Positions 18,817-28,200 of a stretch of DNA of 64,000 nt are shown here, piece by piece. Within the stretch, counting starts at the first letter, position 1; every line of letters begins with the position of its first letter. The translations under genes were made by a program, and so were the position numbers. Below the pieces are notes generated by a model. It saw nothing but the letters and a program-made list of their open reading frames with translations. It did not search any database and was not told the DNA's origin. This stretch comes from a virus, in IMG/VR virus record IMGVR_UViG_3300025727_000782, positions 13,467 to 77,466 of that record. One strand, given 5' to 3'.

Positions 18817-21800
18817 AATAAAAGTTCCGTTTCGGAAACTTAAACACATACACCACATATCAGATATACAAATTCGTAATCTGAAACGACATAGAGAATA
18901 TGAAGAAGTATTCAATGGATTATATGAAGAAGTAAAAAAGAATCCAGATAATGCCGTAGCATATATTGGTGGTGATATAGCTCATTCTAAGTGTGAGATG
19001 TCACCAGAGTTAATTGACCAATTATCTCGATTATTCAAAAATTTAGCAGATATAGTTCCTACAATTATTATTGCAGGAAATCACGATTGTAATCTAAATA
19101 ATCTAAATAGAATGGATTGTTTAACACCTATCGTAGAAAACTTAAATCATCCAAACTTACACTATCTAAAACGAACAGGGATTTATACCTGTGCGGATAC
19201 AGATTTTATAGTATGGGATGTGTGGGATAGTGAAAAAGATTATATTAAAGCAAAAGATGTTCCAGGCGATAGAACTAAAGTTGTATTGTTTCATGGTACG
19301 GTAGATAGAAGTGAAACTGATTTAGGATTTAAGTTACCAAGTAAAGTAAAGATGTCAATGTTCAAAGGATATGATTTAGGATTACTTGGTGATATACACA
19401 AAAGACAACATTTGAATAAAGAAGAAACTATATCTTATTGTGGTTCATTAGTTCAACAGAATCATGGTGAAGATATTGGTAAAGGTTATTTACTATGGGA
19501 TGTACCAAATAGAAAATCAGAATACATAGAAATACATAATGATTTTGGTTATTATACAGTTGATATAGATAATGGTAAATTACCAGAACTTCCAAATCTA
19601 CCTAATAAACCACGAGTTCGTATTAGAGTAAGTAATACCAAACCCGCTCAGTTAAAACGATTGTTAGCTAAACTACATAAAATGACTAATATTCAAGAAT
19701 CAGTTGTTACGAGAGTAGATGGTTTGAGTACAGAAACGATTCGTGATAAGAAAATTAATCTTGGGGATATTAATAGTGTAGGTTATCAATATAAATTAAT
19801 TAGTGAGTATTTAAGTAACAATTATATGGTTGATGATGACACCATGATAAAGATAAAAAAAGTACTTACTGATTTAAATGCAGTTATACCAGAATCAGAT
19901 GTTCAACGAAATGTACATTGGAAATTAAAGAAATTTGAATTTAGTAATCTGTTTAGTTATGGTGAAGATAATGTAGTAGATTTTACAAAACTAAATGGTG
20001 TAGTTGGATTATTTGCACCTAATGCTGCAGGTAAATCAGGACTATTAGATGCTCTATGTTTTAACTTATTTGATATGAGTTCTCGAGCATATAAGGCAGA
20101 TAAAATTATTAATAATTCAAAATCTAATTTACATTGTAGAGTTAATTTTGAGATAGATGGTACAGATTACTTTATTGAAAAAACAGGTAAAAAGAATTTA
20201 CGAACAGGTCATGTAAAGGTAGATATAGAATTTTGGATGATTGATGAAACTGGTGATAAGATTAGTTTAAATGGAGACCAACGAAGAACTACACAAAATA
20301 ACATCAAACGAGTTATTGGTAGTTATGAAGATTTTATTTTAACATCTATGAGTTCACAAAATAACTCAACTGTATTTATTGATAAAACACAAAAAGAACG
20401 AAAAGAGTTATTATCTCAATTTATGGGATTGAATATATTTGATAGATTATACACACAAGCATCCGAAGATATTAAAGAAGTGAATACACTTTTAAAAGAC
20501 TTTAAGAAATCAGATTATGATAGTGAGTTAGCATCAATAACAAATGATTTGATTTTGTTAACATCAAAACAAAAAGATTTCAAAAAAGATGAACGAGTTT
20601 TAAAAAAATCAATTAAAGAAATAATATCAGAAATAAAAGAAGAGACTAAAAGATTAAAACCAGTTGATGATAGTTTACGAGATATTGATGATTTAAAAAC
20701 TGAAGAAACAAAACTTAGAGGTATGTTTGGTAATGTAGATTTAAAACTTGATGAGTTACAAGTAGAAGAATATGATTTACAGAGAGCAATTGAAAATATC
20801 ATTACGAAGATGTCAAGTTATAAACAAGATGGGGTTCAAGATAAATACTTTGAATTAGAAAAACTTGAAGAAGAAAGAGATTTGTTTCAAATTGAGATTG
20901 ATAAACTTAAATCCGATGTTAGAGTTAAATTGGATAAGATTGAAAAACTTCATAATGTAACTCACGATGAAGATTGTGAACATTGTATGAGTAATCCATT
21001 TACACTGGATGCTATTGAAACTCGTAAGAACCTTAGTAAAGACCAAAAGATTGCACAAGAGTATGTAAATAAAAAACAACATATGGAAGATGAAATTCAA
21101 AAGAGATTTAAAATTCGTGCATTTAAAAAAGATTTAGATGAATTAACAGAACAATATAATCAAAAAGAAATGTATGAATCACGAGTTAATTCAGATATCA
21201 AATTGATGAAAGAAAAGAAATCTAATATACAGAATCAGTTAAATTTAATCACAAGTGATATATCAAAAGCACAATCACAAGAACAAGATGTAATGTTTAA
21301 TTCACAAGTAGAAATAGAAATAGAAAAGTTACAAAGTAATGATGATGATTTGGATTATCAATTAGATATGGTAAGTAAAAAATTAACTACATTACATGGT
21401 GATATACAAGTACTGAGAACCAATGAAAAACAAATCAATGATAACATCAATAAAGTAGAAGAACTTGAAGATTCACATCAGGCATATCAATACTTACTTG
21501 AGGCAATAAAACGAGATGGTGTACCTTATGATTTGATTAGTAAATCATTACCTACAATTGAGGGAGCAGTAAATGATATCTTGGCTCAAATAGTTGACTT
21601 TAGTATTGTGTTTAATATGGATGGAAAAGTTATTGATACTCATATCGTATATGATGATGATAGAGTATGGCCATTAGAATTATCAAGTGGTATGGAACGA
21701 TTCATTAGTTCTCTTGCAATAAGAGTTGGTTTAATGAATGTTAGTAATTTACCACGAAGTAACTTCTTGGCTATCGATGAGGGATGGGGAACAATGGATA

Positions 21801-21964
21801 GTGAAAACTTAAATTCAGTTTCTCAATTATTCCAATACTTGAAATCCCAATTCCAATTTACAATGGTAGTTTCTCATATAGAAACTATGAGAGATTTTGT
21901 AGATACTTTATTAGAGATCAAAAAAGTTAATAGTTTGAGCTCAGTTCGATTTAGTAGAGACTGA
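18806..21964 (+). CDS. Fused Mre11/SbcD nuclease - Rad50/SbcC ATPase (gp47-gp46-like)
   Basis: HISDIQ, GGDIAH, AGNHD, FHG, LGDIH; Walker A APNAAGKS; coiled coil with CEHC hook; LSSGMERF; LAIDEGWGTMD; VVSH. Confidence 0.9.
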   Translation: MENKIKVPFRKLKHIHHISDIQIRNLKRHREYEEVFNGLYEEVKKNPDNAVAYIGGDIAHSKCEMSPELIDQLSRLFKNLADIVPTIIIAGNHDCNLNNLNRMDCLTPIVENLNHPNLHYLKRTGIYTCADTDFIVWDVWDSEKDYIKAKDVPGDRTKVVLFHGTVDRSETDLGFKLPSKVKMSMFKGYDLGLLGDIHKRQHLNKEETISYCGSLVQQNHGEDIGKGYLLWDVPNRKSEYIEIHNDFGYYTVDIDNGKLPELPNLPNKPRVRIRVSNTKPAQLKRLLAKLHKMTNIQESVVTRVDGLSTETIRDKKINLGDINSVGYQYKLISEYLSNNYMVDDDTMIKIKKVLTDLNAVIPESDVQRNVHWKLKKFEFSNLFSYGEDNVVDFTKLNGVVGLFAPNAAGKSGLLDALCFNLFDMSSRAYKADKIINNSKSNLHCRVNFEIDGTDYFIEKTGKKNLRTGHVKVDIEFWMIDETGDKISLNGDQRRTTQNNIKRVIGSYEDFILTSMSSQNNSTVFIDKTQKERKELLSQFMGLNIFDRLYTQASEDIKEVNTLLKDFKKSDYDSELASITNDLILLTSKQKDFKKDERVLKKSIKEIISEIKEETKRLKPVDDSLRDIDDLKTEETKLRGMFGNVDLKLDELQVEEYDLQRAIENIITKMSSYKQDGVQDKYFELEKLEEERDLFQIEIDKLKSDVRVKLDKIEKLHNVTHDEDCEHCMSNPFTLDAIETRKNLSKDQKIAQEYVNKKQHMEDEIQKRFKIRAFKKDLDELTEQYNQKEMYESRVNSDIKLMKEKKSNIQNQLNLITSDISKAQSQEQDVMFNSQVEIEIEKLQSNDDDLDYQLDMVSKKLTTLHGDIQVLRTNEKQINDNINKVEELEDSHQAYQYLLEAIKRDGVPYDLISKSLPTIEGAVNDILAQIVDFSIVFNMDGKVIDTHIVYDDDRVWPLELSSGMERFISSLAIRVGLMNVSNLPRSNFLAIDEGWGTMDSENLNSVSQLFQYLKSQFQFTMVVSHIETMRDFVDTLLEIKKVNSLSSVRFSRD

Positions 21965-22129
21965 TGGCATCTTAGGACGATTCTGAGTACTACTTGAATC
22001 GTTATACATCTTAAAAATCTGTTGATTTAAAACCGAAGATGCAGATACTCGGTTTTGTTTACACCAATATCTGAACCAATCCATTAAATCTGTATCTAAT
22101 GTAAAATTATATCTTTGTTTATTTTTCAT
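21941..22129 (-). CDS. Putative ribbon-helix-helix DNA-binding protein
   Basis: KQRYNFTLDTDLMDWFRYWCKQNRVSASSVLNQ strand-helix-helix pattern; AGGAAG RBS on minus strand. Confidence 0.6.
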   Translation of the reverse strand: MKNKQRYNFTLDTDLMDWFRYWCKQNRVSASSVLNQQIFKMYNDSSSTQNRPKMPSVSTKSN

Positions 22130-22188
22130 TTATACTTCCTTTATACACACTTCATATATATTAATAAGTATTAAATTTTAAAGTTTTG

Positions 22189-22196
22189 ATATTTAT
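22189..22196 (+). promoter_or_regulatory. Putative promoter motif ATATTTAT
   Basis: Upstream of tail fibre gene. Confidence 0.6.
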
Positions 22197-22225
22197 TAAT
22201 GTAACCCAAACGGAGTTTTTCCAAC

Positions 22226-25200
22226 ATGGCAATATTAAAAAGAACCAATAAATATCAAGGATTGAAAGATATAGATGTATTAGTTGAAGAAAGTGGATTG
22301 TCTTCACAATATTTTAATATCTATGATGTTCCTTCCAATATACCGCAAGGTAGGTCTTCATTCCTATTAGCTGGTTCGCCATTTCTTAAAAATTTTGTAG
22401 AACTAAAAGTAGAAATATTAGACTCTGCTGGCCAAACGGTTTATACTGAACCAGTATCAAATTATATTGAAGGAAATGCTCGTAGAGTATCAATTGAAGT
22501 ATATGATGATACTGCTCCTGGTGATGCTTTTCTTTATATTGTAGGTGAGTTAAAAGATAACTTTAGAAGTGTTTCTGGCCAACAACGACAAAATTTAGAA
22601 GTAACAGATAAATTTTTAGACTCTGAAATTCTTAATAATCTTGGTGGAAATGATGTACCACATGATTTTCAAAATATATATAATGTAAGATATATACGAC
22701 CTATTTTTATAAATACGGTAATTCCAAATTCCGAACCAATATATTTTTATCAACAACCACGAGTTACCGTTACTGAAATTTTAAAGGGATATGTTGTAGA
22801 AACAAGCGTTTCAAGTTCATATGAAATTACTGGTAGTGTAAGTGTAGACCCAATTCCAGATTTAAAACCAAAAGACCCTGAACCAGATCCAATAGATGGA
22901 TTTAGTAAAGGAATGAATGATGGTGCTCGTGATGAAATTGGAAATGAATTAGAAATATTTAAAAATAGAAGAAGTTCCAAAATTGATCCATTGAGACATA
23001 GTAACTACTCATCTCGTGGTAGAGTAATGAGAAGAGAATCTCCTGAAATAGATAGGTTTACTATTACTGTTGGTTCTATGGAAACTTCACCTGAGAATAC
23101 CACAAGTGATGCTGTAACGAGTGCATTTGTTGGTGGTGAAATAACAATTAACAACCCAAGTGTGGATTCTACATTATATCCACCAGATGAATATACAATT
23201 CCAACTCAATATAAATCATCAATTAAAAAAGTCAATAATGAGAAAACTCTTGTACCACTTGATGATTTTGTAATTACAAAAAAATCTACAGGCGAAAAAG
23301 TACCAGTTCAAATAGACGAGGCTAATAATAATGTTACGATGTCGGTTACACCAACACCGCCACAAATTATTAGTACAACACACTATCGTTCATATGCGGA
23401 TATTATTGTTGGTAATTTACATACATTTAGTGGAGATGTTTATAAAGCAAAAATTTATGCAAGAAGTAAAGGAACTCTTGGAGATTTTGAACCTGTATAT
23501 GATGCTTCAATAGAAGCACCACAAGTATTAATAGATAGTTATAGTGAAACAGGATTTAAGAATACAGGTTATTTTTATACACAATCAATAGTTGATGATT
23601 ATTGGGATGTAGTAAATGGTACGGCTACTCAAAACAATAGTAAGTTTATTGATGGTGTTTTAATTAGTGGTTCTAATGCGGGATTTACACCAGAACATTC
23701 AACTGTAAATACGGTAGAATTCAATACTTCACATAGTTATGATTTACAAACAGGAGTACCATATACTCTTGAGTTTAATGCCTATTATTATAAAGAAGAT
23801 AAATCAGATAAAGATGGAGTTAGTACTAAACAAGCAGAATTAGAAGTATTTCTAAGTGGTTCTGCCATGACGGGTGGTTCTGAAGAAAATCATAAATTGG
23901 GTAAAGTAGTTGTTAATGATAATACAACTGAAGGCCAAGTTCTTGGGGTTCACAATACATTTACATCTGCCATAACTGGTACACCATCTACACATCTAAA
24001 ATTCAAAGCAACTTCAGGTCGTTGGATAATTCAAGATATTTTATTACGACCACACAGTGAAACAAATTTCAATCCTTCTTATTTTAGAACTATTGTTCCT
24101 ATGACACATCCGCTACCTAAGAAACCAGATCAATATGATTTCTTGGTGGAGTTTTATGATTTAAATAATAATATTGCAGAAACAATTTCTGTTAAAGAGA
24201 ATATAGATTTTGTAGGGGCACCACAAAATATAGATGGTGAGGATAACTTACTTAGTGGTTCTTTATTTATAGGAAATGCACAAGGTAGTGGTTTTGAGAT
24301 GGCAGGAGCATCTTCTGCATATATGAGGTCTCTTACCTACGAGGGATTCGATAAAACTATCGCAAGTAGTAGTGGTGGATTTATGATATGGAGTGGTTCA
24401 GTCGGTGGACGATTATCTTCAAGTGAAGATTATGATGGTGTTGGATTAGAGATTGTAGATGCTCATGGTGCAACAGATAGATATTTACAATTTAAAACTA
24501 ATCCAAGTACATTTAAAGTTCAAACGGATGAGTTCTTTTTAGGTAGTACATCACAATTTGTTAGTGGTAGTAATAGTAATATAGAAATTAGTTCAAGTAA
24601 TTTCCACTTAACACCAGAGGGTGATGTAACCATGAGTGGTACAATTACTGCAACTGCTGGTAACATTGGTGATTGGACAATATCAGGTGGGGATATCGTT
24701 GGTTCTAATATTACTATGGATGCTGATAGTTCAAGAATTTATAAGACGGATGATAATGCTGACCTAACTGGTTATTATATGGACTTTACTCCAGGTTCAA
24801 ATTATTATATAAGATTTGGAACTAACTTTGCCGTATCTTCATCGGGTACACTTATTGCTGAAGGTGCAATAATTGAGGGGGTTTTAACATCATCAGAAGG
24901 TTTGATTGCTAATTGGACAATAGATTCAGATTCAATTTATAAACTTACTTCAGGTAAATATAGTGGACTATCTTCAACTGGAGATACTCGATTCTTTGGT
25001 GGAGCTTCATCATTAACAGCAACAGGAAGTGCACCATTTAATGTTAAGGCAACTGGAGATATAACGGGTTCAAGTGTATTATTTACTGGAGGTAAAGTTG
25101 GTGGATTTGAAATAGTTACTGATGGATTAAGTTCTGTTAATAACGCATTTCAAGTTACAGGTTCAACAGGACAAGTTAGTGGTTCTCAAGTATATTTCGA

Positions 25201-28200
25201 TGGTGGTAAAATTGGTGGATTTGTACTTACATCAACTGAATTATATAGTTTAGATAGTGGAACACCAGACTCTACTCCTGATACAGGTATCACAATAGAT
25301 ACAACAGGTGGTGGAAATAGTAAAGGTGTAATAAGAATTTATGACGGAACTACTGTAAATGCTGCTTTAGGTAATTGGACAAGTGGTAAATATGGTATTT
25401 ATGCTCAAGAAGGTTTAATTGGTGGTTGGACTGTTACTTCAACCGAGTTATATAATTTAGGAAGTGGAACACCTGATTTATTCCCAGATACAGGTATGAC
25501 AATAGATACAACAGGTGGTTCAGATAGTGCAGCAGTAGTACGAGTTTATGATGGAACTACTGTAAATGCCGCTTTAGGTAATTGGGCTAGTGGAAAATAT
25601 GGTGTTTATGCAATTGAAGGAGATATTGGTGGTTGGGAAATAGATTCCAATAAAATATTTAAAGATAATATACAATTACAGTCTAACAATTCTATAATTT
25701 CTATTGGTGGTACTACTTTCGGAAGTGCTGGTGTACAATTACAATATGATTCACAGGGTAAGTTTTATGCTGGTGATGGTTCTAATAATCGTATACAATT
25801 TGATAGTAGTGGTGTTGATATTAAAACTACTAAATTTGAATTAGATACCACAACTCTTGATATTAGTTCTACAAATAAAAGAATAACAATTTCCGATACA
25901 GACGGATCAACGGAGTATGTGAGAATTGGTGAAATCTCTACAGACGCAAGTGATAAATATGGTATAAAAGTTTGGGATGGAACAGGAACAAATGATACTA
26001 CAGATTTAATTGCAATGTTTGGTGAACAAGGTAATAAAATTGCTGGTTGGGAGATTACAGGAACTCAAATTAGAACTATACCAAATGCAGGATTAGGTGG
26101 AGTATTTGCAGAAGGTGAAAATGGATTAATATTACATGCAGATGGTACAATAGAAAGTGCAGATTTTGCAACTAACTTAAAGGGTTGGAGAATTGATACA
26201 TTAGGTAATGGTACTGCAGAATTTGAAAACGCAAGAATTAGAGGAACACTTTCTACAGCTGTATTTGAAAAAGAAAGTGTGAATGTTGTTGGTGGACAAT
26301 TAATGGTTGCAAACTCAACAACACTACAACCATTAAGAAGTGGTAGTGAGATAATAGCTGGTAATTCAGGTTCTTCGGCTACCGATGTAACGATGAGTTT
26401 TGCAAATGTAAGTGGATTTGTTACAGGAGAAATTTTAAAGGCTAAATCAGTTGGAGATACTGGATTTTCAGTAGAGTATTTATATGTAACTGGTTCACAA
26501 AGATATACTGATCCAAATTCACCATATTCAGCATCAATAGCTTCATCAAGTATGGGAGCCATAGACCCAGATGGATTAGCTGGTGAAATATATGTTGGTA
26601 GAGGATATGGACAAGTTACCAACATTTCATCTTCGGTGGGTACATTAGATGGTGCAATGTCCGATACTGGTACATATAGTACAGAAATAAGTATAGTTTT
26701 AGATTTGGGTAGTAATGTAGTTAATATACAAGATGTGTTAAAAATTGATACTGAACGATTTAAAATTATTTCTGGTTCGGTTACTGGTAATACGGGGGCT
26801 AATCAAACAGTTAAAGTATTAAGAGATTTTAATCAGACTGATCCAGCGGCACATGACAATGGTGAAACTGTATTTAAAATACATGGAGATAATGAATTCT
26901 TACAAGGATTGATTTCAACTCCTGTAGCATATAATGAAGGACAAGTTTTTGTATCTACTGGTAAATTCGATGCTTCTGCAGATTTATCAAGTGGTTATAT
27001 ATTGATGAATGCTAATCCAAACGATACTTCAACACCATATATGGATATTGTTGAGAGAACTGGTAGTGGAGTTTATGATTTACAATTAAGAACAAGACTT
27101 GGTGATTTAAGTGGATTGAGTAGTGCTTATTTATATGGAGATGAAGAACCAGGATTTGGACTTTATACTGAAAATGGTTTCTTTAAAGGAACTCTACATG
27201 CAATGACAGGAAGTATTCATGGAATACTTAATGTGGCTACATCACAGGGTGGTATAGAAACTGGACAAAAAATTACTATTGGTAGAGGTGTAGATGGAAC
27301 ACATGATGGTTTTAGAATTAATAATAATAACTATTGGTTTACAACTGGAGAATTTCGTGTAGGTGATGGAACAAATTATTTTCATGTAAGTGGTACAGAA
27401 TCAAATATTGCAAGTAATATATCAATTAAAACAGATGACTTTAATATTAATACTTCAACATTTGATGTAAGTACAGATAATGGTGGTAAAGTTGCATTAG
27501 GAACTTTAACAGGTGTAAATCCAGCAACAACTAAGCGTGGGTTGTTTGCAAGTGGCAGTGGAGAAGTTTTAATAAAAGGTGGTACTGATAGTAGTAAAGA
27601 TTATTTATTATTTAATGAATCTGGTATGACGATAAGTGTTGATGATATTGATATTACGGCTACCGAGTTTGATTTATCAAGTACTGGTTTAAAAATTGAT
27701 AATGATCATATTCATTTAGGAACAATAACAACCGATACCGATGTAACTGGAGCTGGATTTTATGCAAGTAGTAGTGGGGTGTTTAGGGTTCAAGGTGATG
27801 CAAGTAATTATCTAAGAATATCTTCAGGTAATTTTGAGATTGCAACAAGTGAGTTTAATTTAACAGGTACAAATATGGCTCTCTGTAATGAGAGTATGTC
27901 TTTAGGTACAATTACAACTGCTACCGATACAAGTGGTGCTGGTGTCTATATGGACAACGATGGAGTATTTAGAGTTCAAGGTGATTCAAGTAATTATTTA
28001 AGAGTATCTTCAAGTGCAATTGAAATGGCCGCAGAATCTTTCAATCTTGATGCAACTACAGTTGTAATAGATTCTGCAACCAATAGTGGATATATTTCAC
28101 TTGGTTCTACACCAAATACAAGTATTGCCGGAACTGGTAAGGGTGTTTATATGGATGGAACTGGAGATTTCTTACTTTATGGAAGTTCTACTAATTTATT

